NCBI GenBank assembly: GCA_963674695.2
Contig: CAXXGI010000003.1
Span: 640,001-704,000 of the forward strand
Length of the DNA stretch: 64,000 bases
Reading direction: 5' to 3'
From: a bacterium
GTDB taxonomy: Bacteria; UBA10199; 2-02-FULL-44-16; JAAZCA01
Part shown: positions 9,740 through 19,331 of the stretch, one piece after another
Numbering within the stretch: position 1 is the stretch's first letter
How the letters are laid out: every line of letters begins with the position of its first letter
Notes under the pieces: generated by a model
What the model was told of the DNA's origin: nothing
Seen by the model: only the letters and a program-made list of their open reading frames with translations
Databases searched by the model: none
Program-made: the position numbers and the translations under genes

Positions 9740-11614
9740 TCATCCCCACCGCTCGAGCCACTGTTCGAAGATCAGCAGCGTCCAGATCTTCTTGCGATTG
9801 TCCACGCGACCCGCAAAGTGATCGTCGAGCAGACTCGCGATCGCTTCGGGGCGGAAAAAGCCTTCGCGGCGAATCTTGTCCGGTGCAAAGAGATCGCAGA
9901 CCATCGATTTCAGCGGCCCCTTGACCCACTTCGCAACCGGAATGCCAAACCCCTTCTTGGAGCGATGCGCGATCCCCTTCGGCAGCAGCGGATCCATGGC
10001 CTTCTTCAATAGATATTTCATCGTCGTGCCGTGCAGTTTAAAGGCATAGGGGAGTCGCGCCACGAATTCAACCACCTCATGATCGAGGAACGGCGCGCGC
10101 GCCTCGAGCGAACACCCCATGGAGGCGCGATCGACCTTGGTGAGGATATCCTCGGCGAGATAGAGCTTCATATAGGCATAGAGCAGCCGATTTCCCGGCG
10201 ATGCGGTCAGCGCACGACGTTCGATGTTACCCAAATCGTCGAAGATATCCGCATGCGGATCGAAGGCGAGCAATGTGGCCTGTTCGGCCGGCGCGAACGA
10301 TCCCATCCAGAAAAAGTGTCGCGCCATTGCTTCGATGTTCGCCCCTTTGAGAAACTGCTTCACCTTGAAGTCGAAGCTGATGTTCTCGTCGGAGACGGGA
10401 AGTCGACGCGCGATCGGCTCGATGCATCCGCGACGCAGAAATGCAGGCAACCTTCGATACGTCGCCGCATACTTTTCCGCCTGAAACGTGGGATAGCCTG
10501 CGAAGAGTTCATCGCCCCCATCGCCGCCGAGCGCCACGGTCACATGCTCGCGGGTGAAGCGCGCCAACGCAAACGTCGGGATGATCGAGGCATCGCCGAG
10601 CGGTTCGTCGAGGAATGCCATCACCTCGGGGAGCAACCCCTGCAACTCGGCGGGCGTCACCGTGCGCTCGCGATGATCGGTGCCGAAGTGTTCGGCGACC
10701 TGGCGCGCGAAGCTCGATTCATCGAAGGATTTTTCCGAGAAGGCGATCGAAAAGGACTTGATGTCCTGAGGGGGCATGAAGCGCGCCATCATCGCGCAGA
10801 TGCTCGATGAATCCAGCCCGCCGGAGAGAAAGAGACCCAACGGCACGTCCGAGAGGAGCCGACGCTGAACCGAGAGCGCCATGAGGCGTGTGAGCTCCTC
10901 GGCTGCCTCGTCCACCGTGATGCCATGCGCTTCGTATCCGGTGGGCACGTCCCAATAGAAACGCGTGCTGATCACCCCGTCGCGCAGGACGAGCAGCTGC
11001 CCGGGTTCGAGCTTGAAGATCCCCTCGCAGATCGTGTGCGGCGCGGGAACGTATTCATACGCCAGATATTTTGCGAGATTTGCGCGATCGACCGATCGAT
11101 CGACGCTCGGATGCGCGAGTATTGCTTTCAGTTCCGACCCAAAGAGGAAGCGCCCCTCCTGCTGCGTCCAGTAGAGCGGCTTCTGGCCCATGCGGTCGCG
11201 CGCGATGAGCAGCGTGCGCGTGCGCTTATCCCAGAGGGCGAGCCCAAACATGCCGTTCAAACGCGCGACGAAATCGGCGCCCTCCTCCTCATAGAGGTGC
11301 GGCAGGATCTCCGCGTCCGAGCGCGTCGTGAAGACGTGCCCCTTCGCTTCAAGTTCTTCGCGAATGGATTGAAAGTTGTAGAGTTCTCCGTTGCAGACGG
11401 CGACGATGCTGCCGTCTTCGGAGATCATCGGCTGCTGACCGCCGCTCACATCGATGATGGACAGGCGCCGCATGGCAAGCCCCGCGCCCTGATCGAGAAA
11501 AAAACCTTCGTCATCGGGACCACGGCGCACGAGCGTCCGGTTCATCGCCGCGAGGACCTCGCGATCGACGGGGCGCGATAAATCATGATGGATGATACCG
11601 CAGATTCCACACAT
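9740..11614 (-). CDS. asnB: Asparagine synthase (glutamine-hydrolysing) family amidotransferase, possibly of the glycan-amidating type
   Basis: MCGICG N-terminal nucleophile, RRGPDDEG, LSGGLDSS, GGDGGDELFAGY, KVDRASM..SLEARAPFLD. Confidence 0.92.
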   Translation of the reverse strand: MCGICGIIHHDLSRPVDREVLAAMNRTLVRRGPDDEGFFLDQGAGLAMRRLSIIDVSGGQQPMISEDGSIVAVCNGELYNFQSIREELEAKGHVFTTRSDAEILPHLYEEEGADFVARLNGMFGLALWDKRTRTLLIARDRMGQKPLYWTQQEGRFLFGSELKAILAHPSVDRSVDRANLAKYLAYEYVPAPHTICEGIFKLEPGQLLVLRDGVISTRFYWDVPTGYEAHGITVDEAAEELTRLMALSVQRRLLSDVPLGLFLSGGLDSSSICAMMARFMPPQDIKSFSIAFSEKSFDESSFARQVAEHFGTDHRERTVTPAELQGLLPEVMAFLDEPLGDASIIPTFALARFTREHVTVALGGDGGDELFAGYPTFQAEKYAATYRRLPAFLRRGCIEPIARRLPVSDENISFDFKVKQFLKGANIEAMARHFFWMGSFAPAEQATLLAFDPHADIFDDLGNIERRALTASPGNRLLYAYMKLYLAEDILTKVDRASMGCSLEARAPFLDHEVVEFVARLPYAFKLHGTTMKYLLKKAMDPLLPKGIAHRSKKGFGIPVAKWVKGPLKSMVCDLFAPDKIRREGFFRPEAIASLLDDHFAGRVDNRKKIWTLLIFEQWLERWG

Positions 11615-11617
11615 AGT

Positions 11618-11676
11618 TCGTGAGATGGCAAGATTGCGAGATGGTGAGATCGCTCAATCGATTCAACGATCTCACA
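11618..11676. repeat. Degenerate 8-nt-period palindromic repeat (family C)
   Basis: GTGAGATG-GCAAGATT-GCGAGATG-GTGAGATC...GATCTCAC; related to 21086-21246 and 61811-61953. Confidence 0.6.
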
Positions 11677-11687
11677 AAACCACAATG

Positions 11688-12677
11688 CTACACCCTTTCA
11701 ATGTTGATCGTCTTCTTCACCAGATACGTCGCCTTGCCCTGGGACTCGTGGTAGGTGCGCACCAGAAGTTCGGCGATGAGCCCCATGAGGACGAGCTGCA
11801 CGCCCAGAAAGAAGAGAAAGACGGCCAGGAGCAGGAACGGGTTTTTGTGGGCGTAGGTGCCGGCCACCAGCTTCTCGACGATCACCTCGATGGCAGAGAG
11901 TACCCCTGCTATACAGAGCACGGAACCCACGCCGCCGAAGAGATAACTCGGCTTCTTGGCAAAACTGAAGAGGAACTTCACCGTCATCAGGTCCATGAGG
12001 ACCTTGAAGACGCGCGTCAGCCCATACTTCGACGTGCCGCGCGTTCGGGCGCGATGGTTCACCGGCAGCTCCACGACGCGCGCGCCAGCCATGTGCGCAT
12101 AGGCCGGGATGAAACGGTGCATCTCGCCATAGAGATCGATGGAATCGATGTATTCGGCGCGATAGGCCTTGAGCGAACAGCCATAGTCGTTCAGGTGCAC
12201 GCCCGTCACCCAGGAGAGGAGCCGGTTGGCGATCTGCGACGGGATGCGGCGCGTGACGAGCTTGTCCTTGCGATCCTTGCGCCAGCCGCTGGCGACATCG
12301 AACCCCTCGTCGAGCCTGGCCAGCAAGCGTGGAATATCGGCCGGGTCGTTCTGGTTGTCGGCATCCATGGCGATATAGATGCGCCCCTGCGCGTGCTTGA
12401 AGCCCGCGGCCATGGCGGCTGTCTGGCCGAAGTTGCGCGTGAACTGCACGAGCTTCACCCGCTCGTCCTTCTCGGCCAGCTCCCGGATGAGGGCAGAGCT
12501 GCCGTCGGTGGAGCCATCGTCGACGAAGACGATCTCGAAGGATTTTCCGGTGGGGTCGAGCGCAGCGCAGACCTCTTCATGGACCTGGCGCAGATTCTCC
12601 CGTTCGTTGAGAAACGGAACGACGACGGAGATGTCGAAGGGCCGCGTGCTGGTATCGACGATATTGTCTCGTGACAT
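11688..12677 (-). CDS. GT2 glycosyltransferase, ArnC/GtrB-like polyprenyl-phosphate glycosyltransferase
   Basis: ISVVVPFLNE, VDDGSTDGS, RNFGQTAAMAAG, MDADNQNDP, GEMHRFIP; two C-terminal TM helices. Confidence 0.9.
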   Translation of the reverse strand: MSRDNIVDTSTRPFDISVVVPFLNERENLRQVHEEVCAALDPTGKSFEIVFVDDGSTDGSSALIRELAEKDERVKLVQFTRNFGQTAAMAAGFKHAQGRIYIAMDADNQNDPADIPRLLARLDEGFDVASGWRKDRKDKLVTRRIPSQIANRLLSWVTGVHLNDYGCSLKAYRAEYIDSIDLYGEMHRFIPAYAHMAGARVVELPVNHRARTRGTSKYGLTRVFKVLMDLMTVKFLFSFAKKPSYLFGGVGSVLCIAGVLSAIEVIVEKLVAGTYAHKNPFLLLAVFLFFLGVQLVLMGLIAELLVRTYHESQGKATYLVKKTINIERV

Positions 12678-12709
12678 GATAAACGTCCCTTCTCGGTGTT
12701 TCGTAACCA

Positions 12710-12902
12710 TCGAGATTCCCGCCTCCGCGGGAATGACACCCCTTGGATTGTCATCCCCGTGAAAACGGGGATCTCGCTCGTGAAGATCTCAATCGAGATT
12801 CCCGCGTTCACGGGAATGACACCCCTTGGATTGTCATCCCCGTGAAAACGGGGACCTCGGTGTTTCGTGATCATCGAGATTCCCGCCTCCGCGGGAATGA
12901 CA
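12710..12902. repeat. Tandem array of family A REP units
   Basis: Three CGAGATTCCCG..GGGAATGACA units alternating with two CCCTTGGATTGTCATCCCCGTGAAAACGGGGA units. Confidence 0.85.
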
Positions 12903-13042
12903 CCAACCCGACACTGCACTGGGCGGCTATCACAGGCCCGGATGCGTGTCAAAAGCAAAGCATTTTCAGCGAGTTCGCTGCACTTCGATCCGCGAACGCT
13001 GCTTGACAAATTCCCCCGATTTCCGCGATATGCTTCACCAAG

Positions 13043-14626
13043 ATGACCCAACACCTCAACCGATATCTCATGGCGGCAATCCTGCTCCTGGTCGTCATGC
13101 TCCTGCGCCTTCCCGCCTTTTGGACGCCGATCATCGATGTGGATGAATCCCAGTTCGCAGGGTTTGCGGGCACCCTGCTCGACGGGGGGCTCCCCTATCT
13201 GGCCTCGGTGGACACCAAACCCTTGGGGATCTACGCCTTCTTCGCGGCGATCTTCGCCCTCTTCGGTCGCAACAACATGATCGCCGTGCATCTGGTCACC
13301 GCACTCGTCGTCTGGCTGACCGCGATCTATATCTTCCGCATCGGACGACGGACCGGAACGATTCGCGCAGGCTGGATCGCTGCCTTTCTCTACGCGATTT
13401 TCTCGACCTGTTACATTCCAAAATTCATCTCGACCTCGATCACCATCATCATGATGCTGCCGCTAGCGATGAGCATCTTTCACGTCGTCATCTGGGAGGA
13501 TCGACGCCATGATCGCTCGCTCGTGGCCGCGGGGTTGCTCTTCGGCGTGGCGTGCCTCTTCAAATATCAGGCGGGGATCAATCTCTTCATCATCGCCTTC
13601 TATTTTCTCATCTTCTCCCCTATCTATTTCCGCCACGAGAAAGAACGTCTGCGCTTCTACCCGTTTCTCGTTTTCACACTCGCCGGGGTCGTCGTGGGGC
13701 TCGCCTTCATGGTCTACCTGAGCAGCGTCGGCGTCTGGGACGAGTTTCTCTTCTGGTCGCTGGGGGGATCGGCCGCCTATATCGACGCGGGATCTACGAC
13801 CACCGACTTCGGGCATCGCCTGCTCGTGCGCGGCGGCGCATTCGTCGCATCGACCGCGCTCATCTGGGTCTTCGGCGTGCGCGAGATCATCTCACTGGCC
13901 TCGCACCTCCATCATCCGAAGCATCACAGCAAGCGCCGCCTGGAGGAGTTTCTCATTCTCTTCTGGTTCCTCATCTCGATCATCCCGGTCCTCATCGGCG
14001 GTCGGTTCTTCGGGCACTATTTCATCCAACTGCTGCCGCCACTGTGCATCCTGGCCTCGCGTCCGCTCGATCGGCTCATCACCAGACGCTCGAAGACTCT
14101 CTGGCGTCGTCGCGTGTTGGCCGGAATCATCACGCTGGCGATCGTCGTCCCCGCCACGGGCTTCTTTCTCGCACGGCTTCATGCCGATGCCATCTACACG
14201 AACCTCAAGGAAGATAATGCGGAACTCTATCGCCCGCTTGCAGGATATGTGCACGCCAACACAAAACCGGATGAGACGATCTTTGTCTGGGGATTTGCCA
14301 CACCGATCTACTTCTTCGCCGAGCGACGTCCCGCCTCGCGCTTTCTCTGGAGCGACTGGCTCACGGGTCGCATCCCGGGCTCACCCACCGCGCAGGATCC
14401 CCTCTTCGACACCAAGCCCTATGCCACCAAGGGGGCGTGGGACATGCTCTTCGACGACTTGCAGAAGAATAAACCGCGCTACATCATCGACACGTCACCG
14501 GGCAACTATCACGACTACGGCAAATATCCGATCGCGCAATACCCGCAACTGGCCCACTATCTCGAACAACACTACACCCTCGAAGGCCGCTTCCACGACG
14601 CGGATTTTTACCGGCGGAAGGAGTGA
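13043..14626 (+). CDS. GT-C fold membrane glycosyltransferase (ArnT/PMT-like)
   Basis: DVDE after TM1, GGLPY..VDTKPLG, LFKYQAG, FFGHYFIQLLP, TIFVWG..IYF; about 11 TM segments. Confidence 0.82.
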   Translation: MTQHLNRYLMAAILLLVVMLLRLPAFWTPIIDVDESQFAGFAGTLLDGGLPYLASVDTKPLGIYAFFAAIFALFGRNNMIAVHLVTALVVWLTAIYIFRIGRRTGTIRAGWIAAFLYAIFSTCYIPKFISTSITIIMMLPLAMSIFHVVIWEDRRHDRSLVAAGLLFGVACLFKYQAGINLFIIAFYFLIFSPIYFRHEKERLRFYPFLVFTLAGVVVGLAFMVYLSSVGVWDEFLFWSLGGSAAYIDAGSTTTDFGHRLLVRGGAFVASTALIWVFGVREIISLASHLHHPKHHSKRRLEEFLILFWFLISIIPVLIGGRFFGHYFIQLLPPLCILASRPLDRLITRRSKTLWRRRVLAGIITLAIVVPATGFFLARLHADAIYTNLKEDNAELYRPLAGYVHANTKPDETIFVWGFATPIYFFAERRPASRFLWSDWLTGRIPGSPTAQDPLFDTKPYATKGAWDMLFDDLQKNKPRYIIDTSPGNYHDYGKYPIAQYPQLAHYLEQHYTLEGRFHDADFYRRKE

Positions 14627-14630
14627 GCTG

Positions 14631-17600
14631 TCATCGGAACAAGCCGCGCATGCGCTTATAGACCCTGTCCACGATTCCGGGTTTTACTGCCCCCTGACTC
14701 CCACAACAGTATCCGCGCTTCACATTGAAGGCCGCCATGCCATTCCGGACGCCCTCGAATGTCACGCAGAGCTTATGGCGAGCAATTGCCGTCGTTGTCT
14801 GACCCTTTTGCAGAACGATAACAGCCCTGTCACCACCCTCAAGAGCCCTCACCTCAACTCTTGCTGAGGAAGATCCCCGAGCCCCCTCTGCATACTTGAG
14901 CAATCGAATACGATACCGTTCATCGATCAGCGAGACAGTGGTTGCAGACTGATAATTATTGATGCTCAACAGTGCCTTCTGCTGTGCGCATCGCACGAAC
15001 TCAGCGCTGCCGCCTCGACACGCCGGATCGCTTTCCGCCTGCGCTTCGTTGCACGCGATGCAACTCATCGTCCCACCGGTCCAATACGAGCGAGGTTGAC
15101 ACTGCGGCCTCGTGAAATAGGGGCAATCGTAATCCAGGATGTGCACTTCCCTTCCATCGACGCACCTCACTTCACCATCAATCTTGCACTGATTGCGATA
15201 GGACCTCGGCCATCCATCATCAATTCCACCCATGCAATCATTGTCGATGCCATCGCAAATCTCTGGCCCCGTCGGCGTGCATTCATCAACATCCGGCTTG
15301 CCGGTACCACACACCAGTTCTCCATCGACACACTGATACACCGTTCGTGCGGCAAGATTCCCGCAGGTCTTTCCCGCTTCGGGATCGGTAACATCGTTAT
15401 CGATTACGCCGTCGCAGTCGTCGTCCAGTCCGTTACAGACCTCTGCACTGCTATAGACGAGACACTCCCCATAGGTGCCATTCGAGCAGTACCGCGTTCC
15501 CCCGCGCGAAGCATCACCGCAGGCTTTGGAACACGCTTGCTGCAATGGATTCCCCTCGGCATCGAGGTCAACCGTCCCATCACAGTCGTTGTCCACGCCA
15601 TCACAGGTTTCAGCAGTTCCATCGGCGGGCTGTGCATTACAGATAGGCGTTCCGGCCGCACTACAGATACGTTTCCCGGCCACCTGACATGCCCCCTCTC
15701 CCGCAGAACAGTCGCCTGCAGGGCGGCCTTCGCTGTTACAGCTACTCCACTCGCTCCACGTGCCAGCGGAACCACAACGTTGTCGTCTCTTTTGCCCAAC
15801 GCACGGACCACTTCCGCAACTCATATCATCGACTAGTAGTTCCAGCGCTTGAGCGTCACAGATGACGCCGTTCCCTTCTGTGTTGCAAACATAGCGTCCT
15901 GTAACGGCACACACATCCTCCCCAACGGTACATGATTCACCAACACTGAAATCTTCATCGACCTCGCCATCACAATCATTATCGATTCCATCGCACGTTT
16001 CCTCTGATGAAATACATTCTTCTTCTTCACACGTTATACCATCGAGGTCATGAACAGGAACTGGTCTATTACTGTCACTTGTAGAATCATTCCCAAGCTC
16101 ACCAGAATCATTATTCCCCCAGGCATCGATTCTGCCATTATCTGTAAGCGCTAAGACGTACAAATTCCCTGCAAATACCGCTTTAATGTCATCCACATCT
16201 TGCGACCGAATAGGTACAGTGCTGCTGGTATACGAACCATTTCCAAACTGACCCGCCTGGTTATCCCCCCACGCATAGAGGTCGCCATCTCCTGTAAGCG
16301 CTAAACTATACACACTTCCAGCAGATACAGCTTTAATATTCCTTAATCCTTGCACCTGAACGGGTACATGACGATCACTTGTCGTACCATCACCAATCTG
16401 ACCGTTTTCATTCTCTCCCCACGCATAAACTTCACCCGTATCTGTAAGTGCGAGACTGTGATGAGATGCAGTAGATATAGCTTTAATATTACTCAATCCT
16501 TGCACCCGAACAGGTTCACTACTATCACTTGACGAATTGTTACCAAGCTGACCGGAGCGATTCATCCCCCACGCATAAATCTCACCCGTATCTGCAAGTG
16601 CGAGGCTATACCGATATCCAGCAGATATAGCTTTAATACGAGGCAAGCTCTCCACTTGCACAGGAACATTGCCATCATTTTCAGTGTTGCGCCCAAGCTG
16701 ACCATTGCCATTACTTCCCCATGCATAGACCTTGCCATCTTTTGTGAGAGCTAAACTGTGAGAACCACCAGCAGATATAGACATAATATTGTTTAAGCCT
16801 TGCACCTGAACTGGAATATGACTATCACTTCCCGAATTGATACCAAGTTGACCACTATCATTCCTTCCCCATGCATAAACCTTCTCATCCCGACCAAGCG
16901 CTAGACTGTGCTCATATCCAGCTGACACAGCGCTCATGTTTGTCAGCGAACCAGCTCCATTAAGCCCAATCACTGAAACTGGAATATAACTATCCGATGT
17001 CGAGTTGATACCGAGTTGACCAAACTCATTCTTGCCCCACGCATAAACGCTACTCTCCTTAAGCACCAAGCTATGATTATCTCCAGCACTGACCACGCCT
17101 TCGCAATCCGATTCTTCCACTACGTCACACACACCATCTTCATCTATGGACCCGTCACAATCATTGTCGATTTCATCACAAATCTCTTCACTCGAAACGC
17201 ACTCCTCTTGAGCGCAAGCAACTTCGGCTAAACCATCAACTTGTACTGGAGTCATCCTGTTGTAATTTGTTCCATCACCGAGCTGACCAAAATAATTAAA
17301 TCCCCACGCATAGACGCTACCATCATGCTTAAGAGCAAGACCATGACCTCCTCCAGCCGACAGAGCTCTAATACTATCTAAATCCACTACCTGAATAGGC
17401 ACAAGACCATTAGAACTCCCTCCAACACCAAGCTGGCCATATTCATTATCTCCCCACGCATAGACACTACCATCATTGCTCATCGCCAGGCTATGGTGCT
17501 TCTTAGTAGATATCACTTTAATACCTGTTAAACCTGGCACCCGAACAGGAAGATAACTATCAGTTATTGAATTATTCCCAAGTTGACCATACTCATTATA

Positions 17601-18386
17601 TCCCCACGCATAAACATCACCATTTTCTGCAAGCGCTAAACTATGCTGCCTACCAACAGATATAGCTACTATGCCGCTTAATGCGCCATCTCCATCTGAA
17701 CCCTGCACCTGAACTGGCACATGACTCGTACTGCTCAACCCATTCCCAAGCTGACCATATTCGTTAAATCCCCACGCATAGACAAGCCCACCTTCTGTGA
17801 GAACTAGACTATGATTTCCTCCAGTCGATATAGCTGTAATATTACTTAAACCTTGCACCTGAACTGGTACATTACTACTGCCTCCAACCTGACCACGAGG
17901 AACATTATTCCCCCACACATACACCGTACCATCTTCTGTAAGAGCTAAACTATCATAACCACCCGCAGATATAGCTATAACATTATTTAAATCTGCCACC
18001 TGAAAAGGCACACGACTATTAACCCTCCCACCGTTACCAAGCTGGCCATGATCATTCCTTCCCCACGCATAGACAATCCCCCCCTCCGTGAGAGCCAGGC
18101 TATGGCCACTTCCAGCAGATATAGCTATGACATTATGTAAATTTGCCACCTGAACAGGCACACGACTACTAGATCTTCCTCCGTCACCAAGCTGACCATA
18201 ATCATTTTTTCCCCAAGCATAAACTGTTCCATTTTTAAGTGCTAAGCTATGATCGTATCCAGCACTGATCACATCGGCACAAGCTGGCTCTTCTTGCGTT
18301 TGCGCCCGCAGACCCGGCGACCAGCAGAGCACCGCCATGAATGTGATGAGAACGATCATTGAGAGATGGATGCGATTGGTCTTCAT
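14631..18386 (-). CDS. Secreted protein with two RCC1-repeat beta-propellers and Cys-rich E-x-C-D-G-x-D-N-D-C-D-G (MopE-like putative metal-binding) repeats
   Basis: Signal peptide ending GLRA-Q; about 14 repeats of ISAG..HSLAL...G.VYAWG.N..GQLG; five ExCDGxDNDCDG-type motifs. Start may be 18398. Confidence 0.9.
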   Translation of the reverse strand: MKTNRIHLSMIVLITFMAVLCWSPGLRAQTQEEPACADVISAGYDHSLALKNGTVYAWGKNDYGQLGDGGRSSSRVPVQVANLHNVIAISAGSGHSLALTEGGIVYAWGRNDHGQLGNGGRVNSRVPFQVADLNNVIAISAGGYDSLALTEDGTVYVWGNNVPRGQVGGSSNVPVQVQGLSNITAISTGGNHSLVLTEGGLVYAWGFNEYGQLGNGLSSTSHVPVQVQGSDGDGALSGIVAISVGRQHSLALAENGDVYAWGYNEYGQLGNNSITDSYLPVRVPGLTGIKVISTKKHHSLAMSNDGSVYAWGDNEYGQLGVGGSSNGLVPIQVVDLDSIRALSAGGGHGLALKHDGSVYAWGFNYFGQLGDGTNYNRMTPVQVDGLAEVACAQEECVSSEEICDEIDNDCDGSIDEDGVCDVVEESDCEGVVSAGDNHSLVLKESSVYAWGKNEFGQLGINSTSDSYIPVSVIGLNGAGSLTNMSAVSAGYEHSLALGRDEKVYAWGRNDSGQLGINSGSDSHIPVQVQGLNNIMSISAGGSHSLALTKDGKVYAWGSNGNGQLGRNTENDGNVPVQVESLPRIKAISAGYRYSLALADTGEIYAWGMNRSGQLGNNSSSDSSEPVRVQGLSNIKAISTASHHSLALTDTGEVYAWGENENGQIGDGTTSDRHVPVQVQGLRNIKAVSAGSVYSLALTGDGDLYAWGDNQAGQFGNGSYTSSTVPIRSQDVDDIKAVFAGNLYVLALTDNGRIDAWGNNDSGELGNDSTSDSNRPVPVHDLDGITCEEEECISSEETCDGIDNDCDGEVDEDFSVGESCTVGEDVCAVTGRYVCNTEGNGVICDAQALELLVDDMSCGSGPCVGQKRRQRCGSAGTWSEWSSCNSEGRPAGDCSAGEGACQVAGKRICSAAGTPICNAQPADGTAETCDGVDNDCDGTVDLDAEGNPLQQACSKACGDASRGGTRYCSNGTYGECLVYSSAEVCNGLDDDCDGVIDNDVTDPEAGKTCGNLAARTVYQCVDGELVCGTGKPDVDECTPTGPEICDGIDNDCMGGIDDGWPRSYRNQCKIDGEVRCVDGREVHILDYDCPYFTRPQCQPRSYWTGGTMSCIACNEAQAESDPACRGGSAEFVRCAQQKALLSINNYQSATTVSLIDERYRIRLLKYAEGARGSSSARVEVRALEGGDRAVIVLQKGQTTTAIARHKLCVTFEGVRNGMAAFNVKRGYCCGSQGAVKPGIVDRVYKRMRGLFR

Positions 18387-18436
18387 AACGACCCCCATGT
18401 GGTAGACAGTCCTTTTCTGTACGACAGCCTATTTAT

Positions 18437-18452
18437 TGCACACACTGTGCCA
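18437..18452 (-). promoter_or_regulatory. Putative sigma-54 promoter of the RCC1-repeat gene
   Basis: Minus strand TGGCACAGTGTGTGCA = TGGCAC-N6-TGCA, GG-N10-GC. Confidence 0.7.
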
Positions 18453-18556
18453 ATGAGCGTCAAAATAATGTCGCGTAATACCCACTTCACCCTGGTCGGC
18501 ACTTGCGCTTTCTCCCTGAAATCGCTATGGAATTGGAATCATCTGGGGGAAACGCC

Positions 18557-19327
18557 ATGAAACGAATCACATCACTTCTCATCACCATCTTCGTTCTCAT
18601 CAGCGCCGCAACGACCTTTGCCGCTGACCGGATCGTCTTCTGGTATCCGGGCGAGGCGGGCTCGACCTCCGAGGCACAGCCGGTGCTCGATCTTTTTTTG
18701 GATTACATCGATACGAAGGTCGACCCGATCACACTCGAAGGCCGCTACTTCAACACGGTGCAGGATGGGTTGGGATACATCCAGCGCATGAGCCCCGTCG
18801 TGGGAATCGTGAGCTTCCCGGCGTGGGCGCAGCATAAAGGGGAACTGGCAAAGGCATCCGTCTGGATGGCCACGCTTCCGCTTCCGGGAGGAAAGACGAC
18901 ACAGCAGTATGCACTCGTGACGAAGGGAAAGACGCTGCCGACCGGAGCGCCGATCCTCTCGAGCGAACCGCTTTCCAACATCTTTGTGCGCACACACCTC
19001 TTTCCGAAGATCGCTGCTGATGCGAAGATCGAGCAGACACCGCAGATGATCTTCCTCCTCAAGAAGATCGCCGACGGATCGAAAACCGCCGCGGCGATTC
19101 TCACGCCCGCCGAGGCCGCAACGCTTGCCCGCATCAGCGCGGACTGGGCTAAATCGCTCACGGTGATCGAGCAATCGAAACCCGTCCCGAGTCCGCGCGT
19201 GATCCTCTTTCAGCCGACGTGGAAAGGCGCGGAGTCGCTCAAGGCCGCACTCTTGAGCGCCGGTTCTGACCCACTGGCTGTCGATATTTTGACGGAGTTG
19301 CGATTGAAGGGATTTACCACCCCGTAG
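18557..19327 (+). CDS. Exported protein, possibly a PhnD/SsuA-like periplasmic binding protein
   Basis: Signal peptide MKRITSLL...TFA-A; alpha/beta pattern; SKPVPSPRVI and LKAALL..LTELRLKGF C-terminus resembles PBP2 PhnD-like proteins. Confidence 0.55.
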   Translation: MKRITSLLITIFVLISAATTFAADRIVFWYPGEAGSTSEAQPVLDLFLDYIDTKVDPITLEGRYFNTVQDGLGYIQRMSPVVGIVSFPAWAQHKGELAKASVWMATLPLPGGKTTQQYALVTKGKTLPTGAPILSSEPLSNIFVRTHLFPKIAADAKIEQTPQMIFLLKKIADGSKTAAAILTPAEAATLARISADWAKSLTVIEQSKPVPSPRVILFQPTWKGAESLKAALLSAGSDPLAVDILTELRLKGFTTP

Positions 19328-19331
19328 AAAC

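Noticed and set aside
12710-12902. Repeat array as a possible CRISPR
   Set aside because: Units alternate in orientation, spacers are short and repeated, copies are dispersed across the window, and there are no cas genes.
15950-18260. RCC1 repeats as a diversity-generating retroelement target
   Set aside because: No reverse transcriptase and no template/variable repeat pair differing only at adenines was seen.
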